Shown here in pieces: positions 1-8,243 of a stretch of 64,000 nt of DNA. The position numbers and the translations under genes are program-made. The first letter of the stretch is position 1, and each line of letters begins with the position of its first letter. A model generated the notes under the pieces. That model had not been told where the DNA came from. It did no database searches and was given only the letters and a program-made list of their open reading frames with translations. The stretch is from positions 53,456 through 117,455 of the forward strand of contig JBGSVZ010000062.1 of the NCBI GenBank assembly GCA_041752695.1, in the 5' to 3' direction. Source of the DNA: Terrimicrobiaceae bacterium (lineage in GTDB: Bacteria; Verrucomicrobiota; Verrucomicrobiia; Chthoniobacterales; Terrimicrobiaceae).

Positions 1-2388
1 GAGGGCATTGCCGCTGGCGTAAAAGCTGCGCTCACTGCGCATCACGACCCAGGTGTGATCGGTGTTCCAGAACGGATTGCCACTATTCGGATCGTCCACG
101 AGGCTGAAGTTTGGATCGATGGTGAACAAATTCGCGCTGTCCGGACCCAGCAGAACATTCTCCGTGGTTTGAAAATCGATCAGGCTCCAGTCCTCGCCGG
201 CGACTCCGCCGCTTTCCGCGGTGGTCAGGTCGCCGAGTGTCCATTCGTAAACGCTGTTGCCGGCAAACGTCGTGGCATCTGTGAAGACCAATGTGCCGAT
301 GGGGGCTCCCGACCCGACCGAGCCGTTGATCTCCGCAACGCCGGATATGGTCCCGTATCCTTCCAGAAGCGAATAGGGCGATGTCGTGACGGCCCCCACG
401 GTGCCGCCCTCCAGGATGAGCGTGCCGGAATTTAAGGTCACCTCACCCGAAACGCCGGCCGATGAACCGGACACTACCAGCGCCGCGCCCGGTCCCACCT
501 CGACCGGGCCGCTGCCGGTGGCGGACACGCTATTGGCGACCGTGAGTGTCCCGGATTGCACAAAGGTCCCGCCGGTGTAGCTGCTCGTGCCGGTCAAAGT
601 CAGATTGCCGGGACCAAAGACCGCAACGCCCCCGGTGGTCTCAATGCTGGAGGAGATGAGTCCGCCCTCGTTGCTGGAATAGATAACGCCGCGCGACGCT
701 CCGAAATCCACGATGCTCGCGCCGATCTGGCCTCCATTCAGGATCACGCCCGCATTGTCCCCGGCGAGGCCGCCTCCGACTTGCAGGATTGTCGTTCCCC
801 CGCCCGAGGTGAGGGCGGCCTGCTGAACCCGGACGGCATGGATCGCGGCGGTCGATCCCGCTGCCAGAACTTGATCGTCCAACGCATTGTAAATGGCGCT
901 GGCTGCTGCCGCATTGATCCCAACGGTGCCGGACGAGGTATAACCGGCGACCGAGAATCCCGTGCTGGCGGTGTAGGTGAGATAATCCCCGTCTGCCGCG
1001 GCATTATTGTCTGCGGCAACGATGGCGGGGGAAACCATGCCATTGTTCAAGGGAACGGTGCCGCTACCGGAGACAAACACTTGCACCGTTGAGCCCAGCG
1101 AGGCGTTTCCGGTCGCGGCTGCCACAACCAGAGTGCCGGCTCCCTGTTGTTGAAAATTCTCCGCCGCGGCCGCGGTGGAATCGCCCACCGTGACGGTGAG
1201 GCTGGAGTTTCCATTGGGATCAAGGGCAAGCTTTGCCCCGCCGGCAAACGTGAGTCGGCTTCCCGTGCCGCTGGCCAGCGTCAGGGCAATGTCCGCGGGC
1301 GAGCCCGTCACCCCCGGTGCCAAAGTCAGGGTCCCGTAATCCAGGCGTGCCGAACCGGTCCCCAGCGGGGTTCCCAAATTTTGGCTGCTGCTGATGCCGC
1401 CCCCGTTGAGCGTGTTGGTTCCCGTCGTTGTGTTGGTTCCTCCGGTGAGAAAAAGGGTGCCGCCGCCGGCCTTGTGCAAACCGTACTCCCCCGCGAGCGG
1501 AGCCAGCACTTCGAGGTCGCCGCCGCCTGTATTCAGAACCGGCGTGCTGCCGGTGAGCACCCAGGTTGCAGGTGTCCAGCCACCCGTCGGCAGTTCGCTG
1601 GGATGGATCCGGATGGTGAAGCCATTCTCGATCAGCGCCCGGTTCGTGGCGGTGAGGGTGGAGTTTGGCTGCGCGGGGTCAAATTGGATCGCAACCTCGG
1701 CCGGATCGGTACCGGAGATGGTTCCTGTGAAATGCGTGACCTGCGCGTATTGCGGATTGCTGGACGGAACATCGGGTACGGAAAACAACGTGCCCGGCGC
1801 AGGATTGCTAAGCACCAGATATCCCGGAGCCGGCTGGCCGGGACCCGAGAGGTTTGTGTCCGTCACGGCGATAAAGTGCCCTCCTCCCCGCGTAAACACA
1901 TGAGACGATGGCGCGGTTTCGGTATACCAGCCAATGACCAAAAACGTGGCCTGATAAGGATCGGGGATTGTGCTGGAGAACCACGCCAAATCGGGCCCGG
2001 GCTGCTGACCGACTTCCGCGGTGGCAAACCCCTTGGCCGCGAGATACGTCTGCACGCCCATCATGATCTGGTCACCCGTCGCCCCACTCAATTGCGTGCT
2101 TCCCGGAAGGCCTATCAGATTCTGCTCCAATTGCAGGTAATCCGCGAAGCCTGGGCTGGGGGGAAGGATCTGGGTAAACCCCGCAGAGGCCAGGTAAGCC
2201 AGGGACATTGTCGCTGAAGTGGCTCCGCAATACGACGAACCGTCCCCGAGCAGATCAAAGCCGCCCGGTCCAAAGCCGACCTGGATGAGCGAGGGTGTCT
2301 GCGTGACCTTGTCCTGAGCTTGCAGGGGCGGTTCCCACCATCCCAGAATTCCCCCCATGGCCAGCAATGCTCCAACCCGCTTTCGCAT
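1..2388 (-). CDS. Secreted protein with N-terminal papain/C39-like cysteine peptidase domain and autotransporter-associated beta-strand repeats (3' end outside window)
   Basis: Not in the ORF track. Manual translation of the ends and sampled internal segments from ATG at 2388: signal-like MRKRVGALLAMGGILGWW..AQ; YCGATSATMSLAYL, GGHFIAVT, LVLSNP; repeats GLHKAGGGTLFLTGGTNT and GPGNLTLTGTSSYTGGT; ends DPNSGNPFWNTDHTW, still open at base 1. Confidence 0.85.
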   Translation of the reverse strand, partial: MRKRVGALLAMGGILGWWEPPLQAQDKVTQTPSLIQVGFGPGGFDLLGDGSSYCGATSATMSLAYLASAGFTQILPPSPGFADYLQLEQNLIGLPGSTQLSGATGDQIMMGVQTYLAAKGFATAEVGQQPGPDLAWFSSTIPDPYQATFLVIGWYTETAPSSHVFTRGGGHFIAVTDTNLSGPGQPAPGYLVLSNPAPGTLFSVPDVPSSNPQYAQVTHFTGTISGTDPAEVAIQFDPAQPNSTLTATNRALIENGFTIRIHPSELPTGGWTPATWVLTGSTPVLNTGGGDLEVLAPLAGEYGLHKAGGGTLFLTGGTNTTTGTNTLNGGGISSSQNLGTPLGTGSARLDYGTLTLAPGVTGSPADIALTLASGTGSRLTFAGGAKLALDPNGNSSLTVTVGDSTAAAAENFQQQGAGTLVVAAATGNASLGSTVQVFVSGSGTVPLNNGMVSPAIVAADNNAAADGDYLTYTASTGFSVAGYTSSGTVGINAAAASAIYNALDDQVLAAGSTAAIHAVRVQQAALTSGGGTTILQVGGGLAGDNAGVILNGGQIGASIVDFGASRGVIYSSNEGGLISSSIETTGGVAVFGPGNLTLTGTSSYTGGTFVQSGTLTVANSVSATGSGPVEVGPGAALVVSGSSAGVSGEVTLNSGTLILEGGTVGAVTTSPYSLLEGYGTISGVAEINGSVGSGAPIGTLVFTDATTFAGNSVYEWTLGDLTTAESGGVAGEDWSLIDFQTTENVLLGPDSANLFTIDPNFSLVDDPNSGNPFWNTDHTWVVMRSERSFYASGNAL

Positions 2389-2569
2389 CCGGCTCCCGTA
2401 GATATCTGCCGGGAAAAAGTCAACCCGGCAGGATGGTTCCACGGGAAGGAACGGAGGGCTGAAAATCATCGTGCCGCCGCGAGGCAAGCACACATCAAAA
2501 CGAAACCGATTGTGCGGGAAGGGGACCCGGACAAATTTTTTTAAAAAAGTTTAATTCCCCCAAACCACC

Positions 2570-2715
2570 CGATACGCCGTCGGAACCAAAGAGGAGGCAC
2601 TGTGGAAGAAGAAGTGTTATCCGGCGGCCGTCTTCCGGGTGAAGGACAGCGAGCCTTTTAGCCACTACAAAGGTTTTGGCGATGACCGGGACGAATGGGT
2701 TTCATCGCGCGTATT
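2570..2715 (+). pseudogene. Degenerate Tudor-knot/Agenet-like domain fragment
   Basis: Frame reads RYAVGTKEEALWKKKCYPAAVFRVKDSEPFSHYKGFGDDRDEWVS, resembling the W..kWYPA.V....y.IHY.G....DEWV pattern; in-frame TAA at 2552-2554 and no start codon before the domain. Confidence 0.55.
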
Positions 2716-2933
2716 TGGATGCCGGGAGACTAGTCCGTTCGGCGTCCTGCCCGTTCTTCCGCCTTCAAATGCTCAGAGCGTTTCTGAAGGGATGAGTCTT
2801 CCGAAAGTAGTCCGCGACGTTTCCGGGTTCCAATTCCCGCAACCGGCGTTGTCCCTTGCCGTTTAGGGTTGTTTTATCTGCTTGCTCCGGTCTTGCCCCA
2901 GTGCGACACTCCGCGGCTCCCGTCAGGAGATTT

Positions 2934-3005
2934 GCCGGCATAGCTCAGTGGTAGAGCAACGGTTTTGTAAACCGTCGGTCCTCGGTTCGAACCCGAGTGC
3001 CGGCT
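2934..3005 (+). tRNA. tRNA-Thr (anticodon TGT)
   Basis: GCCGGCA/TGCCGGC acceptor stem, D-arm AGCTCAGTGGTAGAGC, anticodon arm ACGGT-TTTGTAA-ACCGT, T-loop GGTTCGAA; CCA not encoded. Confidence 0.97.
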
Positions 3006-3307
3006 CCCCTCAAAAATAATCGGACCCCGTGCATGCCTGCCCGCGGTCGTAACTTGCCCGCCACACGCGGGGACCGTGGACCGACCTCCCGGTAGGGCCG
3101 GTTGTTCCGACCCGCCGTTTTCGCCGCAGAGGGAAGGAGACGCGAATGGCACGAATTGGCACCAATTGCGGAAATCGAGTTCCCGAACCGGGGCGGTCTT
3201 CGGGTCATTCCGGGGGTCAAGATTTCTTGACCCCGCCGCCGCAACGTGCCGCGCAGACTGTCTCGGCTTCGCTCACGGTGGAGTGAGGCGGGGACCGACG
3301 AATGGAT

Positions 3308-3340
3308 TTGACATCTGACAAATTATCAGACAAAATATCA
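3308..3340 (+). promoter_or_regulatory. Promoter/operator of the TA operon
   Basis: TTGACA at 3308-3313, CAAAAT 17 bp later; palindrome TCTGA-N7-TCAGA (3314-3330); tandem 12-mers GACAAATTATCA/GACAAAATATCA. Confidence 0.6.
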
Positions 3341-3344
3341 AATA

Positions 3345-3572
3345 ATGGAGGCAACAGTGACGGAGCTATTACGAGAATTTCCCCGAGTGCGCCGCGCGGT
3401 GCTGGCGGGGGAGACGGTCATCATCAAGGCTCGCGAGGGTGATATGCGATTAACCCTGGATGCGTCGCAGACGGACTCGCGCATCGGGTGCATGCGCGGA
3501 CTTGTGATCCAAAGCGATGAGGATATCGACCAACCGTCAACGGATGACACGAGTTGGGACTCCAAATTGTGA
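3345..3572 (+). CDS. Type II antitoxin, Phd/YefM-like
   Basis: 75 aa, EATVTELLREFPRVRRAVLAGETVIIK N-terminus, acidic tail; GTGA overlap with the PIN toxin. Confidence 0.8.
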   Translation: MEATVTELLREFPRVRRAVLAGETVIIKAREGDMRLTLDASQTDSRIGCMRGLVIQSDEDIDQPSTDDTSWDSKL

Positions 3573-3955
3573 GAGTCCTGCTGGATACGCATGCCGTGGT
3601 CTGGGCGGCGGATGGAGATCATCGTTTGGGGACCGCTGCCACGAGTCTGCTAAAGTCCATGAATCCGGGCGAGGCGTTGATCTCTGACATCACATTGTTG
3701 GAAATCGCGATGCTGGTCAAAAAGGGCCGCATTCAACTTGCTGTTTCCAGCAAGGAATACCTTCGCAAGTTGCAACGGAACTATCCGCTCCTGACGATCA
3801 CTTCCGAGATTGCCGCGATCGCAGTGGACCTCGATCTCCCGCACGGCGATCCGTTCGACCGAATCATTGTCGCCACCGCTCAACACCACGATCTGCTTCT
3901 CTTGACCCGTGACCAGGCCATCACCAACAGCGGTTTGGTGAAGACCGCGTGGTGA
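3569..3955 (+). CDS. vapC: Type II toxin, VapC/PIN-domain ribonuclease
   Basis: VLLDTHAVVW, SDITLLEIA, HGDPFDRIIVATA, LLTRD PIN motifs; GTG start overlaps the antitoxin stop. Confidence 0.92.
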   Translation: MRVLLDTHAVVWAADGDHRLGTAATSLLKSMNPGEALISDITLLEIAMLVKKGRIQLAVSSKEYLRKLQRNYPLLTITSEIAAIAVDLDLPHGDPFDRIIVATAQHHDLLLLTRDQAITNSGLVKTAW

Positions 3956-4230
3956 GAGAACCTGGCTGTCGAGGCCGGTCACGAGCCTCGGAAGGGCGAG
4001 AATGATAAGTTATGGGACCCCTTAGGCCATTCCCAACATCCCTGCCTTAACAAGCCGGAAGCAGGGGAGTGCTCCCATCGGAAAACTCGCTTTTTTCTTT
4101 TCGGGATATCCCTTGCTAAACCCCCCTCCGCCCTTTAACAACGCAATCGGTTGTCATGAATAGGGAATCTCAACGGCTCAATGGTTCGACGCGAAGGCGT
4201 CAGGGAACCGCGACCATTTTGCGCTTTACC

Positions 4231-4261
4231 AAGGCCGGAGTTTTCCTCCGGCTTTTTGTTT
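4231..4261 (+). terminator. Intrinsic terminator in the leader of the PEP-CTERM gene
   Basis: AAGGCCGGAG-TTTTC-CTCCGGCTTT followed by a T-rich tail. Confidence 0.65.
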
Positions 4262-4327
4262 AGCGCAACCTTCCAGCTCGCGGACCGACTCGACGCACAA
4301 TTTCAACCAACCAAACTTTCCCCTGCT

Positions 4328-5827
4328 ATGAAAAACACATCCGACCTTCAGATTCGCAATGGCCTCATCGCGCTGGCCACCTGCCTTGCCATCCATCCAG
4401 CCACCCTCCACGCCGCCGGGCTCACCGCCTCCGACGGCGCGTTGAATGATATCTTCGGCAATTCCGTGAGTCTCTCGGGCAGCATCGGCCTCGTCGGGGC
4501 TGAAAGTGACGACATTGGAGCCAACGCCAACCAAGGCTCGGCCTATGTCTTTCGCAGTCTGAATACGGCGACGGGCATGATCACCGAGAACGTGAAGCTC
4601 ACCGCCTCCGACGGCGCGGCGAGTGATGGTTTCGGCTTTTCGGTGGGTCTATCGGGCAGCATCGGCCTCGTCGGGGCTAACTTTGACGATATTGGAGCCA
4701 ACTCCAATCAAGGCTCGGCCTATGTCTTTCGCAATCTGGATACGGCCACGGGCAGCATCACCGAGAACGTGAAGCTCACCGCCTCCGACGGCGCGGCGAG
4801 TGATATCTTCGGCAATTCCGTGAGTCAATCGGGCAGCATCGGCCTCGTCGGGGCTAACGGTGACGATATTGGGGCCAACTCCAACCAAGGCTCGGCCTAT
4901 GTCTTTCGCAGTCTGGATACGGCCACGGGTAGCATCACCGAGAACGTGAAGCTCACCGCCTCCGACGGCGCGGCGAGTGATGGTTTCGGCATTTCCGTGA
5001 GTCAATCGGGCAGCATCGGCCTCGTCGGGGCTAGCGGTGACGATATTGGAGCTAACGTCAACCAAGGCTCGGCCTATGTCTTTCGCAGTCTGGATACGGC
5101 CACGGGCATGATCACCGAGAACGTGAAGCTCACCGCCTCCGACGGCGCGGCGAGTGATTTGTTCGGCCGTTCGGTGGGTCTGGATGGCGATCAATTCATC
5201 ATCGGCGCCAATGCCAAGAATTTTGGCACTGGCAAAGCCTACACCGGCAGCGTTGCCTCCGTCACCACCCTCGACACCGGCAGCACGAGCAAGACCATCT
5301 CCGGAATCAGCTTCATCACGCAGGACAACTGGATCATCGGCCAGACGACCGATGCTAACATCGTGACTCTTTCCGCAGGCGATACGGCCAACGTCACTGC
5401 GAGCGGCAAAGCGGTTTATATCGGCCAGAACGCTGGTTCGGACAACAACACGCTCATCGTCAACGGCAACGTCACGGCCAACGAACTCTACATCGGCGTG
5501 TTGGCGGGCAATGAGGGCAACACCCTGTCGCTCGATAGCACGGGTACTTTCGCCATTAACTCCATTCGTCTGGCCCAGGAAAACTTTCTCGAAATCGAGG
5601 GTGACTACACGAATATCACCAGCCTCCTCGTCTACCTGGGAACCTCCAACCTCCAAGTCTGGACCGGCAGTCTGTGGGAAACCGTGGACAGTGTCGACTA
5701 CAGCGTCCTCATCACCAGCAGCTTTAGCAGCGGCATAACCACCATCCAAGCCATCCCCGAGCCTTCGACCTGTGTGTTGATCGGATTGGGCGCCGCCGTG
5801 ATTCTCTTTCGCCGCCGCAAGGCGTGA
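4328..5827 (+). CDS. FG-GAP repeat, PEP-CTERM sorting domain surface protein
   Basis: Signal peptide after MKNTSDL; KLTASDG..D.FG.SV..SG...LVGA..DD....QGSAYVF repeats; C-terminal IPEPST + TM helix + RRRKA. Confidence 0.92.
   Translation: MKNTSDLQIRNGLIALATCLAIHPATLHAAGLTASDGALNDIFGNSVSLSGSIGLVGAESDDIGANANQGSAYVFRSLNTATGMITENVKLTASDGAASDGFGFSVGLSGSIGLVGANFDDIGANSNQGSAYVFRNLDTATGSITENVKLTASDGAASDIFGNSVSQSGSIGLVGANGDDIGANSNQGSAYVFRSLDTATGSITENVKLTASDGAASDGFGISVSQSGSIGLVGASGDDIGANVNQGSAYVFRSLDTATGMITENVKLTASDGAASDLFGRSVGLDGDQFIIGANAKNFGTGKAYTGSVASVTTLDTGSTSKTISGISFITQDNWIIGQTTDANIVTLSAGDTANVTASGKAVYIGQNAGSDNNTLIVNGNVTANELYIGVLAGNEGNTLSLDSTGTFAINSIRLAQENFLEIEGDYTNITSLLVYLGTSNLQVWTGSLWETVDSVDYSVLITSSFSSGITTIQAIPEPSTCVLIGLGAAVILFRRRKA
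4421..5158 (+). repeat. Intragenic tandem repeat, 4 full 177-bp units plus a partial fifth
   Basis: CTCACCGCCTCCGACGGCGC recurs at 4421, 4598, 4775, 4952 and 5129 (59-aa units). Confidence 0.95.
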
Positions 5828-5878
5828 TGTCCTTACACCTGCTCCTGAGCTTAACCCGAAAACGGCGATTGAAGGCCC

Positions 5879-5954
5879 GGTAGGGATGGCTGTCCCAGCC
5901 GTCCGACTTGTTGCATTGGGAAGCGACGGACGGCGAGGGACCGCCGTCCCTACC
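5879..5954. repeat. GTAG-type REP-like inverted doublet
   Basis: GGTAGGGATGGCTGTCCCAGCCGTCCG (5879-5905) and inverted GGTAGGGACGGCGGTCCCTCGCCGTCCG (5927-5954). Confidence 0.75.
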
Positions 5955-6020
5955 GGGTGATCGATTTCGGCTATCGCCGTTTTCGGGAAACTCGGGATCT
6001 GGCGGCATTTTCTTGCAGAT

Positions 6021-6323
6021 GCCGTCGCCTCCGGCTGGTCACGCAGCGTGCTGGTTCACCAACTCGACAACGGACTCCACAAGCGCGCAGGCCAAGCTCC
6101 GACCAATTTTGCCCTCTCCCTGCCGCCGATCCAATCCGACCTCGCGCGGGAAATGCTAAAAGAACCGCGTGATGCCGGGTTGCTCGGGCGCGAGACGAAG
6201 GGCGAGGTGGTGTTGGTGTCCCGGTTGCGCTTGGCGTTGGAGCGGCTCAATCCCGCGCTGCCGCCCGAAGCCAACCCCGCCGCCGTGGATGAATTGACCT
6301 GCGACCGTTCAGCGATCAGCCCA
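6021..6323 (+). pseudogene. Chimeric relic: YhcG/DUF1016 fragment joined in frame to a type I restriction HsdR N-terminal fragment
   Basis: GWSRSVLVHQLDNGLHKRAGQAPTNFALSLPPIQSDLAREMLKEP (YhcG-like) then LGRETKGEVVLVSRLRLALERLNPALPPEA..AAVDELTCDRSAIS (HsdR_N-like); both truncated. Confidence 0.75.
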
Positions 6324-6596
6324 TTTCTGGAAGCAGGTGGTTTGGTCGAGAATGGAAGATTTCACCAGAAATGGTATTTTCGCCACCCGGTGAAACACTA
6401 AATATTAGTGAAAGATGTAATTTTTTGATTTCACTAGATATGGGGTCTGGAAGGGGTCAGCCATTGGAAGTTGATCTTGAAAGCAAGCTTGGCGGAACCG
6501 GCCAGTTTGAAATAGTCGCGGAATTCTAGACCCCTTTCCCTTTCCGCTTCTTGCAGCGCAAGCTCCTCTCCCGGATGTGGACGGGGCCCGCTCGCA

Positions 6597-7256
6597 TCAC
6601 GGGCGCTGCTCTGTGATTGCTCCGGGGAGGAACTCGACCCTCTCGAACTTGCCTGCATCCAGATCCCACGTGGCCCTCATGCGGGCGGTCCAATGAGGGC
6701 CCGGGGCGAGGTTGGGTTTGTTGTCGGCGGAGAGGTTGAGATCGAGTTTGCGGCCGCGGAAGACGAAGTCGGGACTTTCTGCGTCTTCGCTGGAGATGAA
6801 GATGATGGTTTCGGTTTCGGTGGGGAATTTTTCGAGGAGCCGTTTCCGGATATCCTGGAGGAAAATTTTTCGGGCCTCGTCGAGGACCGGATGGACGCGG
6901 GTGACTTTGTCGCCCTCCAATTCGTACACCCACAGGCCGGTGAGTCCCCATCGGCGGAATTGATGGATGGCGACGGTTGTGTTTCCGTTCCATTCGGCGA
7001 ACACCTCCATGGTCGCACCCTGAGGCACGCCCGGGCGGATCTCGGCCAGGACTTTGTAGGGATCGAGCTGGACGAGAAGGTTTGGGGGTTCCTGGTCGGG
7101 TGGGGCGCTGCGATCGGGATACAGCAAGGCATATCGTCCGTCCGGCGAGAGGGATTTCTCGCCGATCTCGTAGCCGTCAGGGACCCCCGCGCTGACGGAC
7201 GTGACGAGGACGGCTAGAAGGAAAAACAGGGTTGGTCGGCATCTTCCCATCTTCAA
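6597..7256 (-). CDS. Hypothetical secreted protein
   Basis: 219-aa ORF with signal peptide (LFFLLAVLVTSVSA); overlaps the stop of the upstream gene. Confidence 0.75.
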   Translation of the reverse strand: MKMGRCRPTLFFLLAVLVTSVSAGVPDGYEIGEKSLSPDGRYALLYPDRSAPPDQEPPNLLVQLDPYKVLAEIRPGVPQGATMEVFAEWNGNTTVAIHQFRRWGLTGLWVYELEGDKVTRVHPVLDEARKIFLQDIRKRLLEKFPTETETIIFISSEDAESPDFVFRGRKLDLNLSADNKPNLAPGPHWTARMRATWDLDAGKFERVEFLPGAITEQRP

Positions 7257-8041
7257 GCGCGGCCGTCGGGAGATTTCTGAAAAGGCTGTTCATTCTTGGC
7301 GAGACGGGCGCGCTCGCCCACTTTGCCTGCTTTCCAAAAATCGGCGAACGACTGGTTTTTCACCTTTCCAACATTGGGGACCTTGTCCATCAGCCAGCAG
7401 AGCCATTTTGGAGGTTCTTCGGGGTCGTACTGGGGCACGATGCTGTTGAGGTCGTTGAGGGTTTTCAGGACCACGAAGACGAGGAAAAGGCCCCGGGCGC
7501 CCCCGGTCAGTGCGCCCGCCGCCATGCCGATGAGAATGGTCATGTGAATGATAAGGACACGGCCCATGTTGCGCTCGGCCATGACCTCGATCCACCGAAA
7601 GGGCCGACTCTTCATCTGGACCAGATCAATGAGGAAGTCCACGATCTGAAAAGCAAGGATGAGGGCGCAGCCGAGGGTGAGTTCATGAAAGTTCAGCCGC
7701 ACCTCCGCACCCCGGCCATTGGCGGTCATGATAAAAAACAGCGCCCCCAAAAATACCGCGTGGGCGGCCGAAAAGATCAGCGTGACCGGGAAGAAGTGTT
7801 GAAGAAAGGTCAGGTCGGCCTGGCGGCTTTTGTAGGCCTCGGGCTGGTCGTATTTGAAGTGTCCGCGCCGGGGCACCATCCGGCGGTGAACGAGCACCCG
7901 AAGTGCAATAAAGAGCGAGGCCAGCACGGTTTCAAACCAATAGACGGCGAGGGTCGTGCCGGAATTCCAATCGCCGACAAACCAGCCGAGTGCAGGCACG
8001 GCATTGATTCCGAGGGCAGTGAGAATGCGCGGCAGTTTCAT
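7253..8041 (-). CDS. DUF6498-like membrane protein
   Basis: NAVPALGWFVGDW..GTTLAVYWFE motif, RVLIIHMTILIG, several TM helices. Confidence 0.75.
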   Translation of the reverse strand: MKLPRILTALGINAVPALGWFVGDWNSGTTLAVYWFETVLASLFIALRVLVHRRMVPRRGHFKYDQPEAYKSRQADLTFLQHFFPVTLIFSAAHAVFLGALFFIMTANGRGAEVRLNFHELTLGCALILAFQIVDFLIDLVQMKSRPFRWIEVMAERNMGRVLIIHMTILIGMAAGALTGGARGLFLVFVVLKTLNDLNSIVPQYDPEEPPKWLCWLMDKVPNVGKVKNQSFADFWKAGKVGERARLAKNEQPFQKSPDGRA

Positions 8042-8092
8042 GGATGCGGTGACCCCTCTAGCACGGGCCGGCGGGAGAGAGAAGATCGGAGT

Positions 8093-8218
8093 TCACTGGT
8101 CACTGGTCACTGGTCACTGGTCACTGGTCACTGGTCACTGGTCACTGGTCACTGGTCACTGGTCACTGGTCACTCGTCACTCGTCACTCGTCACTCGTCA
8201 CTCGTCACTCGTCACTCG
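8093..8218. repeat. Heptanucleotide tandem array (TCACTGG)11(TCACTCG)7
   Basis: Counted directly: 11 units at 8093-8169 and 7 units at 8170-8218. Confidence 0.98.
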
Positions 8219-8228
8219 TTAACTAAAT

Positions 8229-8243
8229 TTAGAATAATTCTTG
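8229..8243 (+). promoter_or_regulatory. Putative PerR/Fur box
   Basis: TTAGAAT-A-ATTCTTG, imperfect 7-1-7 inverted repeat resembling TTATAATNATTATAA, just upstream of the Fur-family gene. Confidence 0.6.

Noticed and set aside
1131..1144. 14-bp match GAGTGCCGGCTCCC to the tRNA 3' end (2995-3008), a possible att duplication
   Set aside because: It lies inside a CDS where it encodes the recurrent GAGTL repeat motif, and it is upstream of the tRNA; most likely chance.
2406..2431. 8-bp inverted repeat CTGCCGGG/CCCGGCAG upstream of the first gene
   Set aside because: Short and GC-rich; it could be an operator but cannot be distinguished from chance here.
4421..5158. Regularly spaced repeats as a CRISPR array or DGR template/variable repeats
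   Set aside because: They are in-frame 59-aa coding units without unique spacers; no cas or reverse transcriptase gene is in the window.
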